Part shown: one piece after another, positions 30,672-43,849 of the stretch
Layout: every line of letters starts with the position of its first letter
Position numbering within the stretch: the first letter of the stretch is position 1
Source: Polyangiales bacterium
GTDB lineage: Bacteria > Myxococcota_A > Polyangia > Polyangiales > Ga0077539
Assembly (NCBI GenBank): GCA_046351535.1
Contig: JAXLYG010000016.1
Span: forward strand, 128,670-192,669
Direction of reading: 5' to 3'
DNA length: 64,000 nucleotides
Notes under the pieces: generated by a model
The model's input: the letters and a program-made list of their open reading frames with translations, nothing else
What the model was told of the DNA's origin: nothing
Databases searched by the model: none
Translations under genes and position numbers: made by a program

Positions 30672-32177
30672 CTACGACCCCACGAAGGTGGGGTCACGCC
30701 AGTGTAGCCTGGGGTGAGGGCGCGACTGCAACCGTTGCGCAATGGCCCGATCGGCGCCACAACCATCCTCGCAACGCCGCCCGAACTGCTGCGATCCTGC
30801 CGCGATCGATGGCGTCGGCGAGCACCTCGCGCGCGCTCGCGGACCCGCGACGTCCCACCTACGCGCGTCGCTCGCGGACCTACGCGCGGCTCGCGGACCC
30901 ATGCGCGTCGCTCGCGGACCTACGCGCGTCGCTCGCGGACCCGCGCGTCGCTCGCGGGCGCGTCGCTCGTAGGGTGGGAGAGGGCGGGGTGAGGGCATGG
31001 CAGTCGAAGGGCACCCTCCGCCGCTTCGCGGGGGAGGGACGGGGAGGGGGTCACCGACACGTCCGCCCGCGCAGGTGCGCGTCCCGCGGTCGCACGCGTC
31101 GCTGCGGCACTCGACGTCGCTCGCGCACGCGTCGCCGTCGGCCTTGCGCGCCGCGCAGCGCCCCGTCGCGCAGTAGAGCCCCGCGTTGCACTGAAAGCCC
31201 GCCGGGACGGTCATGTTCCCGCAGGTCGATCCCATCGTCCCGTCGCCGATGGAGGCGCACATCCCCGAGCGGCACACGAGGCGCGCGTAGGGATCACACA
31301 GGGTCATCGTCGCGGTGTTGCACGCCTCGCCCGCGGCGCGTCGCACGGTGATGGCCGTGCAGCGCATCGTCGTGGTGGCCGTGCACGCGGAGCCCTGCGC
31401 GCAGACCGTCGTCGCGCCGCACATCTCGCCCGCCGCCGTGGGGCGCTGACAGGTGCCCGCGAGCGAGCCTTCGGCGACCACGCACCCGAGCCCCGCGGCG
31501 CACTGGATGTCCTGCGCATACGCCGCGCCGATGATGTGCCCGCAGGGTCGTCCCTCGGCGCCCGCCTCGCCCGTCGCCACGCGCACGCACCGCGACGCGC
31601 CGCTCGAATCGGGGAAGCACTCCGCGCGCTGCCCCACGCTCTGCGGCGCGCACTCGTCGTTCACGCTGCACGCCTCGCCGATGCGCTTGCGGGCGCGGCA
31701 CATGCCGGGGCACGCGCTCATCCCCGTGGCCTGTCCGCGGTCGCACCAGCCGCCGCCCGCGCACTCCTCGTGGCGCATGCACGCAGCGCCCGCAGCGACG
31801 GCTCCCGCGAACACGTCGGGGCACAGCGAGCCGAGGTCGTGCTGCACGTCGCAGGTCGCGTTGATGCGCGCGATGCAGCGGTACGCCGCGGCGCCGTCGT
31901 AGCGCACCTTCGACTGACGGTTCGCGGCGAGGAGGTCGTCGAGCGATCCCCACCCGAGGAGCGAAGCGCCCACGCGCAGCGTCGTGCAGCGCGAGGCTTC
32001 GCCGAGGTACGCCCGCTGCGAGGCCACATCGGCGACGGTCACGGGACAGCGAAACAGCGCCGCGCACGCGGCCTGATGGGCCTGCGAGGCGAAGTCCTCG
32101 GGCGTGTCGATGGAGGGGGCGTCGTCACCCGAGCAGGCGACGACCATCGAGGCGAGCACAAACACCACGCGGCGCAT
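30672..32177 (-). CDS. secreted Cys-rich lipoprotein; the last ~125 codons are read-through into the palindromic repeat
   Basis: Lipobox MRRVVFVLASMVVAC at ATG 32177. About 40 Cys arranged in repeated C-x-C modules up to ...DACDRGTRTCAGGRV (~31055). From 31050 down to the stop at 30672 the frame runs through repeat DNA (PLPVPPPRSGGGCPS...RATRVGPRATRMGPRA). Confidence 0.7.
   Translation of the reverse strand: MRRVVFVLASMVVACSGDDAPSIDTPEDFASQAHQAACAALFRCPVTVADVASQRAYLGEASRCTTLRVGASLLGWGSLDDLLAANRQSKVRYDGAAAYRCIARINATCDVQHDLGSLCPDVFAGAVAAGAACMRHEECAGGGWCDRGQATGMSACPGMCRARKRIGEACSVNDECAPQSVGQRAECFPDSSGASRCVRVATGEAGAEGRPCGHIIGAAYAQDIQCAAGLGCVVAEGSLAGTCQRPTAAGEMCGATTVCAQGSACTATTTMRCTAITVRRAAGEACNTATMTLCDPYARLVCRSGMCASIGDGTMGSTCGNMTVPAGFQCNAGLYCATGRCAARKADGDACASDVECRSDACDRGTRTCAGGRVGDPLPVPPPRSGGGCPSTAMPSPRPLPPYERRARERRAGPRATRVGPRATRMGPRAARRSASDARRWDVAGPRARARCSPTPSIAAGSQQFGRRCEDGCGADRAIAQRLQSRPHPRLHWRDPTFVGS
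30860..30972. repeat. ~21-nt tandem repeat (cgcgtcgctcgcggacctacg and variants) ~5 copies in the right palindrome arm
   Basis: Read directly. It is the reverse complement of the 29863-29914 unit. Confidence 0.8.
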
Positions 32178-32466
32178 GGCGACGGAGTGTACGGGAACGC
32201 CCCACAGATCCGCGATCACATTGGAGGCCACTTTCGCTCCCTCGGAGAACGGCCACACGCGCCGACACGCGCTCCCTCGCCAGCGCGGGATGCCATGTCA
32301 CCCGGTGACACGACCTCCCCCGCCGCCTGGGGATGCCATGTCACCCGGTGACACGACCTCCCCCGCCGCCTGGGGATGCCGTGTCGTGCGCTGCGAGGCG
32401 CTCCCCCGGGGGCCCCGGGTGCCGTGAACGCGCGCTGCGACGAGCTCCCCTGCGCGTCGGGCGCCG

Positions 32467-34242
32467 CTACCGCCGCTGACAGATGGGCGCCGTCGGACAC
32501 GACGCGCAGATCCCCTCGTCGAGGGACCAGGTCTCGTGGCAGATGCGCAGCCCCGCGGGCGTGTCTCGCATCCGCAGCAGGTAGCGCCCTTCGAGGCGCG
32601 GGCAGCCGATGTCGGCGTTGCGGTCGTTGCGCAGCTCCACCGCCCACGCGCGGACCTTCAGCACGTCGCCCGTCGCGCCCGCTACGGCGCGGCACGCGCT
32701 CGGGACCGCGTCGGCCCCCGGCTCTTCGTGGCCCCAGTCGCTGCGGGCGCGGTCGATCGAGAAGCTCCCGCCCTCGGCGGCGATGCGCGCGAAGTCGCGG
32801 GTCATCGCGGCGAAGTCGGGCGTGCGCGAGGTGCCGTGATACTTCAGCGTCGTCGCGTAGAGCCGGTCGAGCGGATCAGCCCCGGATTCGGCGCGACGCG
32901 CGCGCTCCCACCGCGAGACGAAGGCCGAGAGGTCGGCGTTCTGCGTGAGCGACTGCGTGGCGACGGGTCGGGGCGGCGTCGAGGGGCGCGACGGTCGCGC
33001 CGTCGACGCGCTGGTCGCGCCCGCCGAGGCCTCGCGCTTGCGGCCGTCGATGCCCACGAGCGCGGCGACGATCGCGAGGGCGGCGACGATGGCCCCCACC
33101 ACGACCACGATCGCGAGCTTCGCCCACGGGGGATCGTCGTGCTCGCGCGCGGCGTCGACGCCCGACGGAGCCCCCTCCTGCGCGGGCTTCGCGGAGAGCG
33201 CCGAGAGCCAGTTGAAGGTCGATCGCGGGAGCGGCGGAGCCTCCCTGGGGTCGGGCGTGAGCACCGGGGTCGGCGCGCGCGCCGGCGGCGTCGAGGTCGT
33301 GGGCGGCGTCGAGGTGCTCCACGCGACCGGCGGAGGGTTCGAGGCGTTGAAGACCCCCGCGGCGGCCTGACGAACCGCGAAGCGCAGCGCACCCGCGTCG
33401 GCGAAGCGCTCCGAGCCCTGCGCGCGGAAGCACCGCGCGACGACGTCCCAGAGGCCCGAGGGGACGTCCGAGCGGCGCCCGTCGAGGGAGGCCCTGAGCG
33501 TCGCGGGACGCTGCAGCGCGACGCCCCACCAGGGCTCATCGGCGGTGGCCTGCGCGCTCGTCGTGAGCATCTCGACGAGGAGCACGCCGAGGGCGAACAC
33601 GTCGGTCCACGGGCCGATGGCCGCGACCTGCCCCATGGCCTGCTCGGGGGCCATGTAGAGCGGCGTGCCCATGAGGGCGCCGGTCTGCGTGCCCTTGCGT
33701 CGACCGAGCTGCGCGATGCCGAAATCGAGCACCTTCACGGTGACCTCGCCGCCCGGCAGCACGCGGAGGATCACGTTGTCGGGCTTGAGGTCGCGGTGAA
33801 CGATGGGCCCCGGCGTGCGCACCGCGTGGGCGGCCTCGATGCCCGCGCAGAGCTGGTCGAAGATCGCGAGCGTCTCGGAGATGCCAGGGAGCTTGTCGTC
33901 GTCGGCGTACTGGTGGATCCACGACGTGAGGGAGCGGCCCTCGACGAACTCCATGACGATGTAGCGCTGCTGCGTGAGCGCGCCGCGGTCGATGACGCCG
34001 ACGATGTTGGGGTGCGACACCTGCGCGAGCGCGTCGGCCTCGGCGTCGAAGCGCGCGATGGCCCCCGCGTGCTCCACGAACTCGGCCTTGAGGAACTTCA
34101 CGGCCACGGGGCGCCCCGCGAGGCGCGTGTCCTTCGCGCGCCACACGCCGCCGAAGGTCCCCTCGCCGAGCATCGAGACGAGCTGGTATCGCCCGTCGAC
34201 GAGGGAGCCCACCGCGGGCGATGTCGAGGCCGTCGAACTCAT
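32467..34242 (-). CDS. Ser/Thr protein kinase with a TM helix and a Cys-containing extracytoplasmic C-terminal domain
   Basis: Start at MSSTASTS (ATG 34242). Motifs: GEGTFGGVW, VAVKFLK, IVHRDLKPDNVIL, VLDFGIAQ, GTPLYMAPEQ. TM helix LAIVVVVGAIVAALAIVAALVGI. The 152 upstream codons of the listed ORF are Arg-rich overlap with the FG-GAP gene. Confidence 0.9.
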   Translation of the reverse strand: MSSTASTSPAVGSLVDGRYQLVSMLGEGTFGGVWRAKDTRLAGRPVAVKFLKAEFVEHAGAIARFDAEADALAQVSHPNIVGVIDRGALTQQRYIVMEFVEGRSLTSWIHQYADDDKLPGISETLAIFDQLCAGIEAAHAVRTPGPIVHRDLKPDNVILRVLPGGEVTVKVLDFGIAQLGRRKGTQTGALMGTPLYMAPEQAMGQVAAIGPWTDVFALGVLLVEMLTTSAQATADEPWWGVALQRPATLRASLDGRRSDVPSGLWDVVARCFRAQGSERFADAGALRFAVRQAAAGVFNASNPPPVAWSTSTPPTTSTPPARAPTPVLTPDPREAPPLPRSTFNWLSALSAKPAQEGAPSGVDAAREHDDPPWAKLAIVVVVGAIVAALAIVAALVGIDGRKREASAGATSASTARPSRPSTPPRPVATQSLTQNADLSAFVSRWERARRAESGADPLDRLYATTLKYHGTSRTPDFAAMTRDFARIAAEGGSFSIDRARSDWGHEEPGADAVPSACRAVAGATGDVLKVRAWAVELRNDRNADIGCPRLEGRYLLRMRDTPAGLRICHETWSLDEGICASCPTAPICQRR

Positions 34243-34345
34243 TGGGCGCGCGGAGGGTATCACCACACGCGCGCGATCGGCACCACCGCGCTCGCGCGAA
34301 CAACGAGCCCCGACGCGCGGTGCCCCTCGAAGGCCGCGCGGAGCG

Positions 34346-36307
34346 CTACCGCCAGCCGTCGACGCCGGTGCCGAAGGCGCCCGCGGTCTCGCCCGCGGAG
34401 TACGGCGTGATGAGCGGATCGACGACGCCCGCGGCGCGTCCGCGGTAGAGCACCACGGAGCCTCGAACGGCGCTCGACCCCGAGGCGCCCACGACGACGT
34501 CTTCGAAGCCGTCGCCGTTGAGGTCTCCGACGCCGCCGACGCTGATCCCGAAGTGCGTCGCCGAGGTCGACGGGATGCACTGCGTGGGCACCACGGCGGG
34601 GCCCGTGGCCGAGCCCGCGTACACGCACATGGCCTCCGTCGAGGTCGCGCCGCCGCTCCCGGCGATGAGGTCGTCGATGCCGTCGCCGTTGAAATCACCC
34701 GCCCCCGCGACGGCGGAGCCGAAGCTCGCGGGCCTCGGAGACGGCGCGTTGAGCAGCGTCGCCGAGAGCGTCCGCGTCGCGGGCGGAACGAGGGGGAACA
34801 CCACGGGCAGCGAGGCCGTGCCGAGGATCACCGTGGCCGAGGCGATCACGTCCGCGACGCCGTCGCCGTTGACGTCGCCCGCGAGCGAGGGGTTGTTGAA
34901 GAGATACCCCGCGGGCGCGTCGAGGGTGTACGTCGCCGCCGCGTCGAAGCCCGCGAGGTTGCCGAGAAAGACCCCCAGCCTCGTCGTCGCGGTCTGCACG
35001 GCGATGTCGTCGTAGCCGTCGCTGTTGATGTCACCGACGGCGACGGCGCTCGTGCCGCCGACCGTTCGCACGGGCGCGCTCGCGGTGCCCCCGGCGCCGC
35101 CGAGGATGAGCCCGACGCGAGCCCCGTCCCACACGAGCACGTCGCCGTAGCCGTCGTGGTTGACGTCGCCCGCGCCCGTCGCCGAGCGCCACACGTCGTA
35201 CGCGCGCGACGGCGCGGTCGAAGGCCCCGAGGCGCCGCCGTGGTGGATCCCGACGCTCGTCGCGGCGTCGACGGCCACGTCGCAGTAGCCGTCGCCGTTC
35301 ACGTCGCCGAGGGGCGTCACATCGCGGCCGTAGGAGCCCGTGCCGACCGAGGTCACGAACGGGGTCGCCGAGGGCGCCGCGTTGAAGCGGTCGGTGGTCC
35401 CGGTGAAGAGGTACACGGCGCCCGTGCGGCCTCCCGTCGCCACCGTGGCGGGCGCGCCGACGAGCAGGTCCGCGCGCCCGTCGCCGTTGACGTCGGGCAT
35501 CGCTCCCCACTGCCTCGGGAGCGGCGTGGTGAAGCCCGCCCTGCGCGGCGGGACATAGAACTCCCACGTCGCCGAAGACGCGGTTCCGGTGGCGCGTCCG
35601 CGGCGCCCGCGCGCGCGCCAGAAGTGATACCCCGGCGCGATGTCGACGCTGGTCGTGAGCGTGTCTCCCGTCACCGTGAAGGTGTTGTCGAGGACCGTGC
35701 ACGCGCGGTCGCGGCACACGTCGATCTCCGCGCCGTCCGCCGTCGGCGCGTTGGCCCAGCCGAAGCGCACGCGACGCAGCACGCGCATCACCGACAGCGG
35801 CTCGATGAGCCTCGGCGCCTCGATCGTCGGATCGACCAGGTCGACGTCGGCGCCCGCGTCGGCGGCGACATCGACGTTCACGTCGGCGCGCGCATCGGCG
35901 GCGACATCGGCGCTCACGTCGGCGCGCGCGTCCGCGACGATGTCGGCGCGCGCGTCGCTCGCGGCGTCGAAGACGTCATCGCTCGCGTCGATGCCCGCGT
36001 CGGTGACGTCGGAGGCCGCGTCGTCACGGACGTCCTCCGCGACATCGACGGCGGCTTCGGCGGGCGCGTCGAAGGCGACATCGGGCGCGACGTCGGAGCC
36101 CACGTCGAGCGCGGCCTCGGGGGCGGCGTCGGCGGGCGCGTCGAGGGTCGCGTCGCTCACGTCGGCGCGATCGCCCGCGACGTCGCGGACGACGTCGGAG
36201 CGGTCGGAGGTCGCGTCACGCGAGGCGTCGGGGGGATCGGGGTGAAGGTCGCCGAAGCAGCCAGAGAGGCAGACGGCGAGCGAGGCCGCGCGTGCGATGC
36301 GTGTCAT
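34346..36307 (-). CDS. FG-GAP/VCBS-repeat lipoprotein with an Asp/Ala/Val-rich repetitive N-terminal region
   Basis: Lipobox MTRIARAASLAVCLSGC at ATG 36307. Repeated GDVNGDGYxD / GDFNGDGIDD / GDLNGDGFED calcium-loop motifs. Low-complexity DVAADARADV repeats over 35830-36200. Confidence 0.85.
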   Translation of the reverse strand: MTRIARAASLAVCLSGCFGDLHPDPPDASRDATSDRSDVVRDVAGDRADVSDATLDAPADAAPEAALDVGSDVAPDVAFDAPAEAAVDVAEDVRDDAASDVTDAGIDASDDVFDAASDARADIVADARADVSADVAADARADVNVDVAADAGADVDLVDPTIEAPRLIEPLSVMRVLRRVRFGWANAPTADGAEIDVCRDRACTVLDNTFTVTGDTLTTSVDIAPGYHFWRARGRRGRATGTASSATWEFYVPPRRAGFTTPLPRQWGAMPDVNGDGRADLLVGAPATVATGGRTGAVYLFTGTTDRFNAAPSATPFVTSVGTGSYGRDVTPLGDVNGDGYCDVAVDAATSVGIHHGGASGPSTAPSRAYDVWRSATGAGDVNHDGYGDVLVWDGARVGLILGGAGGTASAPVRTVGGTSAVAVGDINSDGYDDIAVQTATTRLGVFLGNLAGFDAAATYTLDAPAGYLFNNPSLAGDVNGDGVADVIASATVILGTASLPVVFPLVPPATRTLSATLLNAPSPRPASFGSAVAGAGDFNGDGIDDLIAGSGGATSTEAMCVYAGSATGPAVVPTQCIPSTSATHFGISVGGVGDLNGDGFEDVVVGASGSSAVRGSVVLYRGRAAGVVDPLITPYSAGETAGAFGTGVDGWR

Positions 36308-36391
36308 TGCGGGGGTGTGTTCTCCGTACGGTCCGTCGCGAGCGTAGACTGATCGCGCGACGGCGGGAACCACTCACCCGCTGCGCAGGGT

Positions 36392-37420
36392 TCAGCGCAC
36401 CGGGCAGCGTTCGGACCAGCGGCCGAGGAAGACGCCGCGTCCGTCGGCGCGCTCGATGCCGTCGCCGTAGCGTCCGTGGAGCTCGCCGCGCGAGCCGTCG
36501 CGCAGGCCCCACGCGCCGGTGAAGTGCCCCGCGTCGTAGGTGCCGCCGAGGAGGCCGTTGAAGGTCCCGGCGTTCGAGATGTGCTTGCCGAAGAAGGCGT
36601 GCGCGCCGGCGCGGGTGGTTCCCCAGATGCCGCGCACGGCGCCGCGGGGCGCGCCGACGCTGTCGATCACGTGGCCGCGGAACATGCCGAGGTTCGCCCG
36701 CAGGCGGCCCCAGTGACCGAAGACGAAGCCCTGGCCGCAGTCGGGGCGCTCCTCGTAGGCCGCGTAGTAGACGCCGTTGCGGCCGTCGCCGAGGCGCCGC
36801 ACGTCGCCGTCGGCGTCGGGGAGCGGGAGGTCGAAGTTCCCCGCGGCGGTGTTGAGGTGCAGCACGGGCGTGGCCGTCGGGGCGCGGACGACGAGCGAGA
36901 GGCCGTCGACGAAGGGCTGCGTGTGCGACACGAAGCTCACGCTCGCGGGGTCGGTGCGCGCCGCGACGCTGTCGCCCGATTCGAAGCCGATGGAGCGACG
37001 CACCGAGATGCGCCCCGCGTCGACGGAGGCGCTGCCGGTCCAGTCGATGCGCGTCGCGGGAGGCGTCGGCGCAGCGGGCGCAGACGCATCCGCGGGCCGC
37101 GGGAGGTGCCCCCAGAGGATCATCACGCGGAACACATGGCGCTGCGCGGCGGGCGCCGCGTCGCCCGGGTACGTCCCGTCATCGGCGAGGAGCGTGTCGG
37201 CGCCCGTCGCCGCGAAGGTGGGGAGCGCGACGAAGTTGTTGTCCGCGAAGTCGGGCATCTCGTCGGTGGTCGAGAGGCCGCCGTTGGGCTGCTCGAGCAT
37301 CGCCGCGGCGGTGTCCGCGGAGGGATCGGAGAGCGCATCATCGCCGCCGCCACAGGCGACGAGCGAGAGCGACGCGAGGGCGACGAATGCGACGGAACCT
37401 GCGAAACGAAGGGTGTTCAT
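36392..37420 (-). CDS. hypothetical lipoprotein
   Basis: Lipobox MNTLRFAGSVAFVALASLSLVAC. GGAGG lies 5 nt upstream of ATG 37420. No recognised domain. Confidence 0.65.
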   Translation of the reverse strand: MNTLRFAGSVAFVALASLSLVACGGGDDALSDPSADTAAAMLEQPNGGLSTTDEMPDFADNNFVALPTFAATGADTLLADDGTYPGDAAPAAQRHVFRVMILWGHLPRPADASAPAAPTPPATRIDWTGSASVDAGRISVRRSIGFESGDSVAARTDPASVSFVSHTQPFVDGLSLVVRAPTATPVLHLNTAAGNFDLPLPDADGDVRRLGDGRNGVYYAAYEERPDCGQGFVFGHWGRLRANLGMFRGHVIDSVGAPRGAVRGIWGTTRAGAHAFFGKHISNAGTFNGLLGGTYDAGHFTGAWGLRDGSRGELHGRYGDGIERADGRGVFLGRWSERCPVR

Positions 37421-37576
37421 GGTGGAGCCTCCTCAGCGGGCTGACGCTGCCCGCGCTGTGGAGATCCCCTTCTTCAAGCCCCGCGCCACACGCGGAACGC
37501 CCTGTTTTCACGGACTTTACGGTGATCCGAGGGCGCGGCGCTGTCGACTCGATGCGACAGGTGTCGAGGGGCGTCT

Positions 37577-38551
37577 CTACGCGCCCGCGCGGAGCTTGCC
37601 GACGACGGCGGCGAGGTCTTCGGGGAGCGGAGAGGTGACGCGCGTCTCGGCGCCCGTGACGGGGTGCGAGAACACCACCTCGCTCGCGTGGAGGAAGTGC
37701 CGATCGAGCTTCACGCCGAGGTCTTCGCCGAGGCGCGGACCGCGGTAGAGCACGTCGCCCACGAGGGGGTGACCGATCGTCGCGAGGTGCACGCGCACCT
37801 GATGGCGAAAGGCCGACTCGAGCTCGACCTCGATGAGGGTGTAGTCGCCGAGGGGCCGCACGGGGCGGTAGTGCGTGACCGCGGGGTGCGTCTTCGTCCC
37901 TGCGCGAAGGCGGACGTGCTCGGTCACGGCCTCGACGCGCTTGGGGTCTTTGCGGTGCGGGACGAGCGGGATCTCGACGATGCCCTCGGCCGCGATGCGC
38001 CCCTCGACGAGCGCGAGGTAGCGCTTGCTGGTCTTGCCCGCGCGCATCGACTCGCGGAGCGCGTCGAAGGCCGCGACGTTGCGCGCCACGATGACGAGGC
38101 CGCTGGTGTCCGTGTCGAGGCGGTGAAGAATCCCCGGCTCGCGCTTGCGGTAACCCACCTCGCGCGTCTCGGGGAAGCGCGCCACGAGGCCGTTCGCGAG
38201 GGTGCCCATCTCGTCGGGGCGGAGCGGGTGCGTGGGGACGCCCGCGGGCTTGTCGACCACCACCACGGCGGCGTCCTCGTAGCGCACTTCGAAGCGCACC
38301 GACGGGTCCGCGAGGGGCGAGAAATCCTGCGGGGGGAGGGCTCCCTGGATGACCACCGCGTCACCCGCGGCGACGACGTCTCCCTTGCGCATGCGTCGGC
38401 CGTTCACGCGCACCTGGCCCTCGTCGAGGAGGGCGCGGGCGCGGGCGCGAGAGAGCTCGGGCAGCGCGTCGACGAGAAAGCGGTCGAGTCGCTTGCCGAC
38501 GTGCGCGTCGGAAACCGTGAGCGTGATGGGAGCGTTCTCTTCGGTAGTCAT
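37577..38551 (-). CDS. RluA-family 23S rRNA pseudouridine synthase (RluD-like, with an S4 domain)
   Basis: Start at MTTEEN (ATG 38551). S4-like region: KRLDRFLVDALPELSRARARALLDEGQVRVNGR. Catalytic HRLDTDTSGLVIVAR motif. HPLVGDVLY near the C-terminus. Confidence 0.88.
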   Translation of the reverse strand: MTTEENAPITLTVSDAHVGKRLDRFLVDALPELSRARARALLDEGQVRVNGRRMRKGDVVAAGDAVVIQGALPPQDFSPLADPSVRFEVRYEDAAVVVVDKPAGVPTHPLRPDEMGTLANGLVARFPETREVGYRKREPGILHRLDTDTSGLVIVARNVAAFDALRESMRAGKTSKRYLALVEGRIAAEGIVEIPLVPHRKDPKRVEAVTEHVRLRAGTKTHPAVTHYRPVRPLGDYTLIEVELESAFRHQVRVHLATIGHPLVGDVLYRGPRLGEDLGVKLDRHFLHASEVVFSHPVTGAETRVTSPLPEDLAAVVGKLRAGA

Positions 38552-38595
38552 CGGAAGGGGCGCGTTGATAGCACGGTTGCCGCGCCCCGCGGTAC

Positions 38596-39564
38596 TCAGC
38601 CCACGATCCAGCGCCCCACGTCGAGGCCCGCCACGTTGCGCACGCGCACGAACTCCCACGCGTCGGGCTCGACCCACGCGCCCGGCGCGGCCTGCGAGAG
38701 CGCCCACGCGACGAGCGCCGGGAGCGCCTCCGACACGCCCGAGTGGACCTTCACCGCGAGCGACATCCGCCGCGCCGGGAGCGCGATGCAGAAGAGCCCC
38801 ATCGCGCCGATCTTCACGGCCATGGGCTCCTTCGCGGCGCGCACCACGTCGAGGTCGAGGCGCCCGGTGCCCGAGGTGAGCTCGGGGTGCTGCGCCATGG
38901 CCCAGCCCACGCGCCCGAGGCGCTCCTCCCACGCGTCGCCCGGGGCGCGCGTCGAGACGTTGTCCATCGCGACGGCGACGCGCTCCCACGCGCGGGCCAC
39001 GACCGAGAGGGGTTGCGCGAAGGTGGGCACGCCGCACCCGTCGGTCGCCAGCGACGGCGTGTGCTGCATCCACGCCGAGAGGCGCTCATAGATGCGCTGC
39101 TGGAGCGGGTGCGAGGGCGCGCGGTAGTCGGTCTCCCAGCCGTTCTTCATGGCCGCCGAGAGCATGAAGGCGTGCTTGCCCGAGCAGTTGTTGTGGAGGT
39201 CGGTGTACCGCCCGCCCGCGCGGATCACGGCCTCGGCGCTCGGCACGTGGACGGGCGCGTGGGCGCCGCAGCGGAGGTCCGCGGCGGCGGCGCCGAAGCG
39301 GGCGAGCACCGACTCGACGAGGGCGACGTGCACGGGCTCGGCGCTGTGCGAGGCCGCGCCGACGGCCATCTGCTCGACGGTGACGTCGGGGTCGCCGAGG
39401 GCCTCGAGCGAGCACGAGAGCTGAAAGGGCTTCGACGCCGAGCGGAACGTGGTCTCGAGGTCGAAGCCCGCGCGCCACGCGACGGCGCCGTCTCGCAGCG
39501 CGACGGCGGAGACGGGGTGCTCCGACTCGACGCAGGCGCCGCGGTATTGCAGGACGACGGGCAC
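38596..39564 (-). CDS. asparaginase-II-family protein (Rhizobium AnsA type)
   Basis: 322 aa with ESEHPVSAV..., FRSASKPFQ and the HNNCSGKHAFML motif characteristic of that family. Confidence 0.75.
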   Translation of the reverse strand: MPVVLQYRGACVESEHPVSAVALRDGAVAWRAGFDLETTFRSASKPFQLSCSLEALGDPDVTVEQMAVGAASHSAEPVHVALVESVLARFGAAAADLRCGAHAPVHVPSAEAVIRAGGRYTDLHNNCSGKHAFMLSAAMKNGWETDYRAPSHPLQQRIYERLSAWMQHTPSLATDGCGVPTFAQPLSVVARAWERVAVAMDNVSTRAPGDAWEERLGRVGWAMAQHPELTSGTGRLDLDVVRAAKEPMAVKIGAMGLFCIALPARRMSLAVKVHSGVSEALPALVAWALSQAAPGAWVEPDAWEFVRVRNVAGLDVGRWIVG

Positions 39565-39565
39565 C

Positions 39566-41710
<2,145 letters not shown>

Positions 41711-41865
41711 GGGGGACCGTCACCGTTCGCGCGGATCGCCCCCGCCGTCAATGGGGAGCGAGGGCGCGCGCGACGACTCCGCGCGCCTTACGGGAAACGC
41801 CGCATGCGCTCGGACCTTGACGCCGCGCGCGCCGCGGTGCCCTCATCGCGCCCCCCGACGACGCA

Positions 41866-43770
<1,905 letters not shown>

Positions 43771-43849
43771 GGCCGCCGCGCTTCGGGTGCGGCACGCGCA
43801 TCCATCTGGCGCTCCCGTGCGGTTCGCGCTACCAGTCGCCCCCCCTCCG

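Larger units (their letters stand above)
29766..31050. repeat. ~1.29 kb nested imperfect palindrome built from REP-like hairpin modules and tandem repeats
   Basis: Hand-verified reverse-complement blocks: 29766-29795 vs 31021-31050 (30/30) and 30106-30178 vs 30449-30521 (73/73). Near-perfect pairing of 30069-30105 with 30522-30548, and of 30184-30245 with 30302-30361. The apex is at ~30270-30285. Small local hairpins at 29778-29802 and 29836-29860. Confidence 0.9.

Noticed and set aside
29720-31351. ORFs inside the palindrome (for example 29827..30243, 30047..30583, 30638..31351)
   Set aside because: They are encoded by mirrored repeat DNA, so each has a mirror-image counterpart. They are Arg/Pro/Gly-rich and have no start context. 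I treat them as non-coding.
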